A stretch of DNA of 64,000 bases from an uncultured Candidatus Rokubacteria bacterium (GTDB lineage Bacteria; Methylomirabilota; Methylomirabilia; Rokubacteriales; DASRDR01): NCBI GenBank assembly GCA_963708025.1, contig CAVPSB010000018.1, positions 1-64,000 of the forward strand. Reading direction: 5' to 3'. This document shows positions 29,039 through 39,203 of this stretch, piece after piece. Positions within the stretch are counted from its first letter, which is position 1, and the number at the start of each line of letters is the position of its first letter. The notes under the pieces are model-generated. The model searched no databases. It had not been told where the DNA came from and worked only from the letters and a program-made list of their open reading frames with translations. The position numbers were made by a program, and so were the translations under genes.

Positions 29039-30250
29039 ATGTCGGAGGAGGGCGCGGTGGACCGGGATGCGGGGGGACCGCTGGAGGGGCTCCGGGTGCT
29101 GGACCTCACCGCGCACATGGCGGGACCCTTCTGCACGATGATCCTGGCCGACATGGGCGCGGAGGTGATCAAGATCGAGCGGCCCGGCATGGGGGACTCG
29201 TCGCGGGCGATGGGCGACGGGAGCGAGCGGAACCCCTACTTCCGGTACATCAACCGGAACAAGAAGAGCCTCACGCTCGACTACAAGACGCCCCGGGGCC
29301 GGGAGGTGTTCCTGGCGCTGGTGACCCGGATGGACGTGCTGGTGGAGAACTACCGCCCCACCGTCATGCCGCGCGCCGGCCTCGGCTGGGACGTGCTGCG
29401 CCAGCACCACCCGGGGCTCGTCTACGCCCAGCTCTCCGGCTTCGGCTACGATGGCCCCTATCGCGAGAAGGGCGGGTTCGACCTGATCGCGCAGGGCATG
29501 GGTGGGATCATGCACGTGACCGGCGAGCCCGACGGGCCGCCCACCTCGGTGGGGCTGCCGATCTGCGACCTGGGCACCGGGATGTGGGCCGTCCAGGGGA
29601 TCCTGGCCGCCCTTCACCAGAAGAGCCGCACCGGCCGCGGCCAGCTCGTCGAGTGCTCGCTCCTCGAGACGGCGGTCGGCTTCAGCTCCTGGACCAGCGC
29701 CGGCTGGCTCGCCGACCGCCGGGAGCCGACCCGCCAGGGCTCCCGGCACCGGCAGAACGCCCCCTACCAGCGCTTCGCCACCCGGGACGGCTACATCATG
29801 ATCGGGGCGGCCAACCAGGCCATGTGGCAGCGGTGTGCCCGCGTCCTTGGCCAGGAGGGGTGGCTCGACGACCCCCGGTTTCGGACGACCCCCGAGCGCA
29901 TCCGGAACCGCGCCGCCCTCGAGGCGGAGATGGAGGCGGTCCTGACCACGCGCTCCACCGAGGAATGGGTGAAGGCGCTGGACGAGGCCGGGATCCCCTG
30001 CGGCCCGGTGTACACCTACGCCCAGCTCTTCGAGGATCCTCAGATCCGGCACCGGCAGATGGTGGTGCACGCCGAGGATCCCGAGCTGGGCCGGGTGCCT
30101 CACATCCGGACGCCGATCCGGATGTCAGGCAGCGGCGTGGCGGTGCGCCGGGTCGCGCCGAAGCTCGGCGAGCACACGGCGGAGGTGCTCGGCGCCCTCG
30201 GCCACTCGGCCGCCGACATCGAAGCGCTCCGGAGTGACCGGGTGGTCTGA
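29039..30250 (+). CDS. CoA-transferase family III (CaiB/BaiF)
   Basis: LEGLRVLDL, AGPF...LADMGAEVIKIE, NRNKKSLTLD, ENYRP. Confidence 0.93.
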   Translation: MSEEGAVDRDAGGPLEGLRVLDLTAHMAGPFCTMILADMGAEVIKIERPGMGDSSRAMGDGSERNPYFRYINRNKKSLTLDYKTPRGREVFLALVTRMDVLVENYRPTVMPRAGLGWDVLRQHHPGLVYAQLSGFGYDGPYREKGGFDLIAQGMGGIMHVTGEPDGPPTSVGLPICDLGTGMWAVQGILAALHQKSRTGRGQLVECSLLETAVGFSSWTSAGWLADRREPTRQGSRHRQNAPYQRFATRDGYIMIGAANQAMWQRCARVLGQEGWLDDPRFRTTPERIRNRAALEAEMEAVLTTRSTEEWVKALDEAGIPCGPVYTYAQLFEDPQIRHRQMVVHAEDPELGRVPHIRTPIRMSGSGVAVRRVAPKLGEHTAEVLGALGHSAADIEALRSDRVV

Positions 30251-30430
30251 GAGTGCGTGAAGCAATGGGTCCTCCGACTCCCCCCTCCCCCCAGTGGGTG
30301 GGGGAGGGGCTTGGGGGGGTGGGCGGGAGGTCCCGAACTGATGAGGGCCCCGGGCGGGCACTGCCGACGGCTCGTTCTCATCGTCCTCTCATCTCGACCG
30401 GGTAGGCTGGCTGGGCCAAGGAGGGTCACG

Positions 30431-31589
30431 ATGAGACGCATCGTCCGAGTGGGGTCGTTCCTGGCCGTGCTGGCGTGCGCGGGCGCGACGACGGGGCTGG
30501 CGCCCGGCGCGATGTACGATCAGCTCCCCACCTTCACCGAGGCGCTGAACACCATCTACCAGAGCTATGTCGAACGAGCTGCCGGCCGGGAAGCTCTTCG
30601 ACAGTGCCATCGTCGGAGCCTTGCGGGGCGTGGACCCGGAGGCGGGATTCCTGACCGCCCAGGAGCATCGGGACTTCCAGTCCCGCGCCGCGACGGAGCG
30701 GGCCGACACCGGCCTCGCCATCACCCGGCGTGGTGACCACGTCGTCGTCGTGGCGGCCCGGAAGGACAGTCCGGCCGAGCGCGCCGGGCTCGAGCCGGGG
30801 GACGGCGTGCTCAAGCTCGACGGGCTCGACGCGAACGACCTCCAGCTCTGGCAGGCGATCGATCGCCTGCGCGGGCCGGCCGGGAGCGCCGTCACGCTGA
30901 CCGTCAGGCGCGAGGGCTGGCCGGAGCCACGGCAGCTCGACATCGCTCGAGCCGCGCGCGAGGGGTCCTCGGTCGGGCTGCGCGACCTCGGCGCCGGGAT
31001 CGCCCACCTCCGGGTCCGGTGGTTCGACGACGCGACCGCGGGCGAGATCGTCGCCGCCCTCCGGCCGGTCCCGGGCGCGAAGGTCAGCGGGCTGGTGCTC
31101 GACCTCCGGGACACCGCCGAGGGACCGCTGCCGCCGGCCCTCGAGCTCCTCGGACTGTTCCTCCCGAAGGACCGGCTCGCCGTGGTGCTGGACGGCCGGC
31201 CGCCCGCGGGACCCCGCCGGCTCCTCACCCGGGGGCCGGCATCGTATCGAGACGTCCCGCTGGTCCTGCTGGTGGATCGGGGGAGCGCCGCCGCGGCCGA
31301 GGTGGTGGCGGGCGCGCTCCAGGATTCGAGCCGGGCCGCCGTCGTCGGCACCCGGACGTCCGGGCAGGGCTCCGTCCAGTCGCTCATCCCGCTGCCGGAC
31401 GGGTCGGCGGTCTGGCTCACCACCGCCCGGTACGTCACCCCGAAGGGGACCGCCATCGGCGGTAAGGGCATCGCGCCGGATGTCGTCGTCAACGCGCCAG
31501 GAGGCACCGACGCGGACCCCCAGCTCGAGCGCGCGGTCCAGATCCTGAAGGGCGCGAAGATCATCGGCCAGCACCGGGACGGCTCGTAA
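30431..31589 (+). CDS. S41 (CtpA-like) PDZ protease homologue, frameshifted near 30575, catalytic residues substituted
   Basis: Signal peptide, PDZ SPAERAGL, LVLDLR, TTARYVTP.G..I..KGI.PD. Confidence 0.8.
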
Positions 31590-31690
31590 CCGGGACGACG
31601 GTCCCCGACGTCGGGCCGCGGGCGGACGGCCGGGGATGATCCAGGCGAGAGCGTCCGATCGCACCGCCCGCGAGCCGACCGGAGGTGACC

Positions 31691-32212
31691 ATGAACGGAG
31701 AGGACGAGCGCGAGAAGCTCCGGAGCTACCTGGCGGCGCAGTCCGCCAAGCTATCGGCGGCGGACATCCGGCGGCGGGTGGACGAGGCCGCCGTCGAGTT
31801 CTTCGCGGCGGTGGGGCCGGCCACCGACGCGACCGCCCGCACCGCCCCGGCGGCGGGTGAGTGGAGCGTGGCCGAGATCGTCGATCACGTCGCGGTGACG
31901 CTCGACGACGTGACCCGGATCGTGCGCGCGCTGTCGGATGGGCGGCGGCCGGCGGGCCCAATGGCGAGCCACGACCCCGCGAGCGCCGCGACCCCATACC
32001 CCGAGCTCGTCGCGCGCCTCCGGAGGAGCCACGCGGCGGCGCTCGAGCTCCTGGGCACGCTCGACGGCGAGCCGCACATCGACCTGCGCGTCCCGGACGG
32101 TGACTTCGGCGAGCTCAACTGGAAGGGCTACGCGCTCATCCTCCGCCTCCACTACAAGGACCACGCGCAGCAGGCCCGGAAGGCGCTGGAGACCCTCGCC
32201 GGCCGCCACTGA
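31691..32212 (+). CDS. DinB/YfiT-family protein
   Basis: EWSVAEIVDHV and C-terminal HxxDH. Confidence 0.8.
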   Translation: MNGEDEREKLRSYLAAQSAKLSAADIRRRVDEAAVEFFAAVGPATDATARTAPAAGEWSVAEIVDHVAVTLDDVTRIVRALSDGRRPAGPMASHDPASAATPYPELVARLRRSHAAALELLGTLDGEPHIDLRVPDGDFGELNWKGYALILRLHYKDHAQQARKALETLAGRH

Positions 32213-32436
32213 GCCCCACGAGACCGTCCCGATCCCGACACTACGGGCTCAGGCAAACGGGTGCCCGAACATGGCCCCGTCTCGGGCGTCCCGACCCCCT
32301 TGCCCCTCGCCGCCGGGTGCGGTATGGTCCCAGTCTATCTGCGTGCAGACCCTGCGGGAACACGTGGGGCGGGCGACGCGATGCCACGAAGGTCGGCTGG
32401 GACCGCCTACACCCACTGACGAGGAGGGAGCACACC

Positions 32437-33423
32437 ATGAAGCGAACCACAGCCCTGCTGGTATGCACTCTTTTGGTGCTGGCTTCAGGGCCGGCCTGGG
32501 CCCAGCAGATCATGCTGAGAATGGGTCATGACCAGCCCGTCGGCAGCATGTACGACGAAGGCCACACCATGTTCAAGAAGCTGGTCGAGGAGCGCAGCAG
32601 TGGCCGCATCAAGGCATCCGTATTTCCCGCCGCGCAGCTTGGCTCCGAGGTCGCCATGGTCGAAGGCCTGCGCCTGGGCTCGATCGACGTCATCTGCGCC
32701 AATGCGCCCAACGCGGCGGCCTTCGTGCCGGAGCTCGGCCTCTTCAGCGTCGCCTACTTGTTCAAGGACATTCCGCACTTCGAGCGGGTGGTGAACGACC
32801 CGCAGTTCGCCAAGCGGGTCGACGAGATCATCGCGAGCAAGAGCCTCGGCATCAAGCGCATCGGCTTCTACGCGGCCGGTGTACGTAACATCTACAGCCG
32901 CAAAGGGTCGGTCGCCGGCCCGGACGACCTCAAAGGGGTGAAGATCCGGGTGCAGAACAACCCGATCGAGGTCAAGGTGTGGAAGACCTTCGGCGCGATC
33001 CCGACGCCGATGAACTTTGGCGAGGTCTACCAGGCGCTGCAGTCGGGCGTGCTCGACGCCGCCGAGAACGGCCTCGCGGTGATCGAGTCGAACAAGCACT
33101 ACGAAGCGGCCAAGTACATCTCCCAGACCGAGCACCAGCGCAACCTCTCCGCCCTGTACATCAACGAGAAGAAGCTGGCCAGCATGCCCGCCGACCTGCA
33201 GAAGATCGTGCTGGACGCGGCGCTCGAGGCCTCCACCCACGAGCGCAAGAAGGACGCCGAGCTCGTCGCCGCCGCCGCCGACCGTTTGAAGTCCAAGGGC
33301 GCCACCCTCACCACCCCGGACAAGGCGAGGTTCATCGCCTTGATCGCGCCGATCCAGGACGAGGTGGCGAACGAGCTGAAGACCACCGATCTGCTGCAGA
33401 TCGTCCGCAGCCACGCGAAGTAG
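32437..33423 (+). CDS. dctP: TRAP transporter substrate-binding protein
   Basis: Signal peptide, FPAAQLG, DLKGVKIRV, EVYQALQSGVLDAAEN. Confidence 0.93.
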   Translation: MKRTTALLVCTLLVLASGPAWAQQIMLRMGHDQPVGSMYDEGHTMFKKLVEERSSGRIKASVFPAAQLGSEVAMVEGLRLGSIDVICANAPNAAAFVPELGLFSVAYLFKDIPHFERVVNDPQFAKRVDEIIASKSLGIKRIGFYAAGVRNIYSRKGSVAGPDDLKGVKIRVQNNPIEVKVWKTFGAIPTPMNFGEVYQALQSGVLDAAENGLAVIESNKHYEAAKYISQTEHQRNLSALYINEKKLASMPADLQKIVLDAALEASTHERKKDAELVAAAADRLKSKGATLTTPDKARFIALIAPIQDEVANELKTTDLLQIVRSHAK

Positions 33424-33438
33424 CACCCGGCTCGGCGC

Positions 33439-33963
33439 GTGGAGAGACTCTTCGACCGGCTCGAGCGCTGGCTCGAGCCGGTCCTCGCCGCGCTGCTGAC
33501 GTTCATCACGATCGGGGTCTTCATCCAGGTCGTCCTGCGCTACGTGTTCGCGATGTCATTCCTGTGGGGCGAGGAGCTGTCCCTGTTCGCCTTCATCTGG
33601 TGCATCTTCCTCGGCACGGCCATCTGCTCCTCGCGCCACACCCATTTCAGCTTCGACATGTTCTCCGAGATCCTGCGCGGCCGTGCGGCGGGGGTGCAGC
33701 GGCTGATCGTTGATCTGTGCGTGCTCGCGGTCACCGTCGTGATCGTGGTCACGGGCTGGCAGTTTTCCACGCTCAGCCTGGCGCGCCTGTCCCCGGCGCT
33801 GGGCATCACGCTCTTCGTGCCGACGATCGTCATCCCGGTGAGCGGCGTCCTGATGTCGCTCGTGTGCCTCATGGACATCGTGCGCGATTGCCGTCAGATC
33901 GCGACCGGCGAGCGCCCCGGCGGCGCCTCGGGCGCCCGGCCCCCGATCGACTTCTCGGCATGA
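33439..33963 (+). CDS. dctQ: TRAP transporter small permease
   Basis: QVVLRYVF...WGEEL, 4 TMs. Confidence 0.92.
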   Translation: MERLFDRLERWLEPVLAALLTFITIGVFIQVVLRYVFAMSFLWGEELSLFAFIWCIFLGTAICSSRHTHFSFDMFSEILRGRAAGVQRLIVDLCVLAVTVVIVVTGWQFSTLSLARLSPALGITLFVPTIVIPVSGVLMSLVCLMDIVRDCRQIATGERPGGASGARPPIDFSA

Positions 33964-35258
33964 TGCATCCGCTCACTTTGCTGCTCGTGTCGATGTCGCT
34001 GCTGATGATCATCGGCGTCCCGGTCTCGTTCTCCCTGATCCTGTGCTCGCTGCTGGTCATCTGGGTGGCGGACTTGCCGCTGACGGTCGCGGTCCAGCAG
34101 ATGTTCACGGGTGTCAACGCGTTCACGCTGCTCGCGCTGCCGTTCTTCTTCCTCGCCGGCAACGTGATGACCGAGGGCGGCATCTCGGAGCGCCTGGTCA
34201 AGCTGGCGATGGCGCTGGTGGGCCATCTACGCGGTGGACTGGCGCACGTGAACGTCGTGGTCGGCATGTTCCTCTCGGGAATCTCCGGCAGCAGCACCGC
34301 CGACGCGGCCGCCATCGGCTCGATCTTCCACCAGGCGATGACGCGACGCGGATACGACGAGCGCTTTGCCGTGTGCTTGACCGCTTGCACCGCGACCATG
34401 GGCGCGGTCATTCCGCCGTCGATCCTGATGGTGATCTACGGCGCGACCGCCGGCGTCTCGATCGGGGCCTTGCTGATCGGCGGAATCCTGCCGGGAGTCC
34501 TGATGGGCCTCAGCTTGATGGTGCAGTCGCATTTCTTCGCGGTGAAGTACGGCTTTCCACGCGAGCATCCGAAGTTTCTCGGCTTGGCCGCCATCTGGGA
34601 CGGCATCAAGACCGCGGCGTGGCCGCTTGGCGTGCCCGTCATCATCGTCGTCGGCATGGTCGGCGGCGTCTTCACGCCAACCGAATCGGCATCGATCGCC
34701 GCGGTGTATTCCCTGTTCGTGACGCTCGTGGTCTTCCGCAGCCTGCGGCTGGGTCAGCTGAAGAAGCTCTTCGCCGAGACCACGATCCAGTTCTCGCAGG
34801 TGCTGTTCTGCCTCGGCGGAGCGTCGATCTTCGGCTGGCTGCTCGCGTTCTACCAGGTACCGGACATGGTGACCAGCTTCATCATGGGCTTCACGCGCGA
34901 CCCGATCGCCATCATGATCCTGATCGTCGTCGCGAACGTGCTGCTGGGGACGTTCATGGATGCCTTGCCGGCGATCCTCATCTTCGTTCCGATCATCCAC
35001 CCGCTCGCGGTCGCGGTCGGGATCCATCCGGTGCACCTGGGCGTCATCGTGGTGATGACGCAATCCTTCGGTCTGCTCACGCCGCCGCTCGGCATGGTCG
35101 CGATGACCGCCTGCGCGGTGGCGGGCGTGCCGATGGTGAAGATCCAGATGCTGCTCCACCTCATGATGATCCCACTGCTCATCGTCATCGTGCTGTGCGC
35201 GCTCGCCCCCTGGACCGTGCTCCTTCTCCCCCGGCTCCTGGTACCGAACTGGCTGTGA
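33960..35258 (+). CDS. dctM: TRAP transporter large permease
   Basis: LALPFF, GGLAHVNV, SGSSTADAA, IPPSI, FTPTE, TPPLG. Confidence 0.95.
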   Translation: MMHPLTLLLVSMSLLMIIGVPVSFSLILCSLLVIWVADLPLTVAVQQMFTGVNAFTLLALPFFFLAGNVMTEGGISERLVKLAMALVGHLRGGLAHVNVVVGMFLSGISGSSTADAAAIGSIFHQAMTRRGYDERFAVCLTACTATMGAVIPPSILMVIYGATAGVSIGALLIGGILPGVLMGLSLMVQSHFFAVKYGFPREHPKFLGLAAIWDGIKTAAWPLGVPVIIVVGMVGGVFTPTESASIAAVYSLFVTLVVFRSLRLGQLKKLFAETTIQFSQVLFCLGGASIFGWLLAFYQVPDMVTSFIMGFTRDPIAIMILIVVANVLLGTFMDALPAILIFVPIIHPLAVAVGIHPVHLGVIVVMTQSFGLLTPPLGMVAMTACAVAGVPMVKIQMLLHLMMIPLLIVIVLCALAPWTVLLLPRLLVPNWL

Positions 35259-35303
35259 ACGCCCGCATGGTTCGGGCGGCGGACGGGCAAGGCGCCCGGG
35301 ACG

Positions 35304-35332
35304 TTGACAGCCGCCGCCTAACCCCGTAATTT
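35304..35332 (+). promoter_or_regulatory. sigma70 promoter of the interrupted tRNA-Val
   Basis: TTGACA-N17-TAATTT, 10 nt upstream of the tRNA 5' end. Confidence 0.8.
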
Positions 35333-35342
35333 ACGTAGGCAC

Positions 35343-35381
35343 GGGCGGATAGCTCAGCGGGGAGAGCGCAGCCCTTACAAG
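35343..35381 (+). pseudogene. 5' half of tRNA-Val(TAC) (left att junction)
   Basis: Identical to 60584-60622, ending just after the anticodon loop CTTACAA. Confidence 0.92.
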
Positions 35382-35400
35382 CCTGGCCGGCGAACCGGAG

Positions 35401-35440
35401 CCCCTCGGTAAGTTCATGGCTTACCGAGGGGTTTTTGTTT
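35401..35440 (+). terminator. Rho-independent terminator
   Basis: CCCCTCGGTAAG-N7-CTTACCGAGGGG followed by TTTTTGTTT. Confidence 0.8.
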
Positions 35441-35487
35441 CGCGCGTTGGCTGGTGGGGGCTGGATTTGGGCCGGTTATGGGCCGTG

Positions 35488-35511
35488 ACGGGCATAGTTT
35501 CGGGCATAGTC
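35488..35511 (+). other. Putative integrase arm-type site (CGGGCATAGT x2)
   Basis: 24-bp identity to 60508-60531. Confidence 0.7.
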
Positions 35512-35608
35512 GGAAGGGCGAAATCACCAGCCGGAGAGGGGAACGGGCCAGAGGAGACGCAGTCGACCCGTGGGTGCTAGAGTATGTCGTAATCCCTCGG
35601 AGCCGTTC

Positions 35609-35815
35609 ATGACGCTGACCATTGAGATCGAGCGGGAAGAGGACGGGCGCTGGATCGGCGAGGTGCCGGAGCTATCCGGTGTCCTCTGCTACGGCGGAAC
35701 CCGGGACGAGGCCATCGCGCGCGTCCAGGCCCTCGCTCTCCGAGTCATCGCCGAACGCTTGGAGCACGGAGAGGCGCCCGCCGAACTGCTGACCGTCTCG
35801 TTCGAAGCGGCGTGA
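35609..35815 (+). CDS. hicB: HicB-family antitoxin
   Basis: IEREEDGRWIGEVPEL.GV..YG.T.DEA. Confidence 0.85.
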   Translation: MTLTIEIEREEDGRWIGEVPELSGVLCYGGTRDEAIARVQALALRVIAERLEHGEAPAELLTVSFEAA

Positions 35816-35960
35816 GCCGCTGGCCCTCGGCCAAGGCGCGGCGGGTCCTGGCCACTCTCCTCCGGATCGGCTGGTCCGTGAAGAGGCAATCGGGCTCCCA
35901 CCGAACCCTGGGGCGCGAAGGCTGGCCCGACTTCGTCTTCGCGTTTCACGACGACGAGAG
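35812..35960 (+). pseudogene. hicA: HicA-family toxin, 3'-truncated
   Basis: LLRIGW..KRQSGSH..L...FAFHD, then homology stops. Confidence 0.78.
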
Positions 35961-36393
35961 ATCCGGACGTTGTTGGGCCACGTCAGCCCGCAGGACGAGG
36001 AGCGAATTGTCGAGGACGAACTCAACGGCTGTCCGCACAGCGCGCTGGCGGCGATCAGGTGCCCGCCGGGGAGCGGCTTGCGGAGCCGCGCCACCGCCAC
36101 CTGGGTCGCGACGGCCGTCATCGCCGCCAGGGCCAGGAGCACCCAGCAGCAGGCTGGACTGGCCCGATCGCGATGGCCCGACGAGCGCCCGGGCCTCCGC
36201 CGCGCTCCAGGGTGAGCGACACATCACTGAGGATCGTCGCCGTCGGGCGCCCGGACACGGCCGGGTACCGAGCGGAAAGTGCTCCACCTCGAACAGCGGC
36301 CGGCAGCCGCTCCCCCGGGGGTCGCGGTCGAGGTTCACGCCACCGGCCGCCTCGTGCACGCGCATGTCGGCTCGTCGCGTGCCCCGGACCGCG

Positions 36394-36744
36394 CTACTTG
36401 AGCCCCAGCTTCGTGATGCGGCTGCGTAACGTCGAGGGCGGGAGTCCGAGGATCGCCGCCGCGCCGCCTTTGCCGGCGATCTGGCCGCCGGTGTGGCGCA
36501 GCACCTCCTGGATGTACTGCCGCTCCATGTCATCGAGCGAGATCAGCTCGGGGGCGGCGGCCTCGCCGGGGGCCGCGGCCGGCCCGCCGGCCTGGCCGGC
36601 GCCCGGTGCGCACTCGGCGGAGAGCTCGATGGTCAGCACCTCGCTCTCGGCGAGGAGGACCGCCCGCTCGATGGTGTGCTCGAGCTTCCGCACGTTGCCG
36701 GGCCAGTCGTATCGGAGCATCTCCTCCATCGAGGCGCCGCCCAC
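36394..36744 (-). pseudogene. C-terminal fragment of sigma54-dependent activator (NtrC/FhlA-like)
   Basis: YDWPGNVR.LE..IERA and Fis-type HTH GAAAILGL..STLRSR. Confidence 0.8.
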
Positions 36745-36789
36745 GTGGCCTGGCAGACGGCCGGACGCCCCGGCGAGGCGGCGCCGTTA

Positions 36790-37401
36790 GTCACGACGTT
36801 CCTCGCGCGGGTCCAGGCCGCCTACCCCCCCGCCGACGCGCTTCGGCAGAAGTTCGACTTCTGGTGGACCTACACGCTACGCCTGGCGGGCGGCGAGCGG
36901 GTCGAGCTCGCTGGCCTCGCCGAGGCCGAGCGGGCGCGCCGCGCCGCCGATGCGGCGTACCGCGCCGAGGTCGAGGCCCGGGTCGCGGAGGCCCTCGAGC
37001 GGAGCCTCGCCGGCTTCCGCGCCCAAGTGGCCGAGGCCTGCTAGGCCGTCCTCGCCCACCTCGGGTCCGGTCGGCCGGTGCGGGAGGGCGCCCTCGAGCG
37101 ACTCCGGCGGACGATCCGGCGGTTCCGGGCTCTCAACGTGGTGGAGGACGACGGGCTCGAGCGGCAACTGGCGACGTTCGAGCAGGCGTGCTTGGACGGA
37201 CTCGACGCCGCCGCGGTGAGCCAGGCGCCCGACCTGCGGGCGACGCTGGCCGCGGGGCTCGAGGCCGCGACCGCCGAGCTCCCGCGGAGCGGGCTGACGG
37301 GCCGCGCCCTCCGACGGTTCGATATCGAGGACGAGGTCGGGGACGGGACAGGCGATCCCGGGCGGATCGGGGCCACCACGGATGCGTCCACCGCGGCGTG
37401 A
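36790..37401 (+). pseudogene. Fragment of mobile-element hypothetical protein (DUF3150-like)
   Basis: AYPPADALRQKF motif; in-frame TAG at 37042; no N-terminus. Confidence 0.4.
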
Positions 37402-37598
37402 GCGCGAGGGAGGGGCGGGGACACGCCCGCCTCAGGATGCTCGGGTTACGCCGTTCGATCGAGCGTTCGGACAGCCACCAAGTCGTTGTCCGCGACGCGG
37501 CGGACGTCAGTGAGGCGGAGCGTCACGAGCGCCTGGGTCCTCCCGGACGCCGTCACGAACTCCAGTTCGAGACCATCCGGCTCCGAGGGAGTGACCGA

Positions 37599-38860
37599 TT
37601 GACACCGACGCTCGACGAGACCCTGGTCGCGCTCCACCCGAGCCAGCGCACGGCCGTGACTCACCCGATGCGCCCCCTGCTGCTCGCGTGTGGCCCTGGC
37701 AGCGGCAAGACACGCATCCTGACCCACCGGATCCGGTGGCTGATCGACCACGAAGGGCTGGACTCCACGCGATTCTCGCGCTCACCTTCTCCCGTGCGGC
37801 GGCGGACGAGCTGCGCAGTCGGGTCGGGCAAGCGCTTGGCCCACGCGCCCGGGCGCTCTGGACGGGGACGTTCCACGGGTCACGCCTTCGAGCACACGTA
37901 CCCGGGCGGCACGGTATTCACCGTCGGCCGGAACTATCGCTCCACACCCCAGATCGTGACGACGGCGGCGCGGCTGATCGCGCACAACCGCACCCGCCGG
38001 CCGAAGCCGCTCGCGGCGGTGCGGCCGGCGGGGCCGGTTCCCACGGTCCTCACATGGCCCGACGACCGGGCGGAAGCCGAGGGGCTGGCCGCCGCGTGCA
38101 CCGAGTGGCTGGTCCCCCGATCGCTGTCCTCGCGCGGGTGACCGCGTGCCTGGGGCCGATCGCGCGCGCCTGCGCGGCCCGCGGGCTCACCGTCCGCGTG
38201 CTCATGGATCGGCCCCAGGCCGAGCGCGCCGCCGTGCGCGACCTGCTGGCCGTCTGTCGCGTGCTCGTCAACCCTGCCGACTGGCCGGCCTGGGAGCGGA
38301 TCCTGTGCGGACTCCGCTGCGGGATCGGGACGAGGACCGTGGCGACGCTGCGCGCCCGCGCCGCCAGCGTGGGGCTCGCCGCCGCGCTGACCGAGGCCGC
38401 GCGAACCCGTCCACGGCTGGCCGCGGTCCTCCAGCAGCTCGCGATCTGGCGCACCGCGCCGGCCCCGGTCAGCCAGCTCCTCGAGACGCTGGCGCGGGAG
38501 ATCCACGGCCATCGCCCGGACGAGAGCCCGGAGGCCGCGGAGGCAGCCCGCGATGCCCGGGATCGTCGCGCCGAGGATATGGCCGCGCTGGTCGCCCTCG
38601 CGCGGCGGTGGGAAGCGGCCGGCGGCGAGAGCCTGGGCGAGTTCCTCGACACGGTCGTGCTGAGCGACGAGGACGCCGGGGCCCCGGCCGCGACGCAGGT
38701 GCTCGGCCTCACGCTGCACGCGGCCAAGGGCCTCGAGTTCGACACCGTGGTCATCGTCGGCGTCGAGGAGGGGCTGTTGCCTCACTACCGCCATGCGGTC
38801 CCCGAGGAGCTCGTCGAGGAGCGCCGACTCTGCTACGTCGGAATGACCCGGGCGCGTGGC
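37599..38860 (+). pseudogene. UvrD/PcrA-like SF1 helicase (frameshifts, internal deletion)
   Basis: [43 protein letters not shown] spread over several frames. Confidence 0.85.
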
Positions 38861-39203
38861 GCCTCAAGCAATACCTCGAGAGCCGGGATCCGCTGGCGTA
38901 CGACGAGCTCGAGGTGGGGTTCTTCCCGACGACCGGCCGCTACGACGCGAGGGAAATCGCTCGCGTGGTCGCGGCGGCGGGGGGAGACCCCTGGCCTTTG
39001 TTCTCGGTGGACTCGCGCTCACTCAGAGCGCTCTTCAAGCGGCAGCCCGTCCTCGAGGCCGCCCTGGCCCCGGTGCACACGCCGACCCCGCCATGGTTCG
39101 GGCATCGGAAGGCGAAGACAGGGGGAGCGACGGGGAAGCTCGATCATTCCGCCGCTCGATCAGCTCGCTTGCCTCGTCACCTAGGATGCCGAGGGAGCTG
39201 CGG

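Noticed and set aside
28343-30250. 635-aa CoA-transferase fusion
   Set aside because: The N-terminal extension is the antisense of the PLD gene; the real start is near 29039
35343-35420. Second intact tRNA-Val
   Set aside because: No T arm or 3' acceptor strand; sequence diverges right after the anticodon loop
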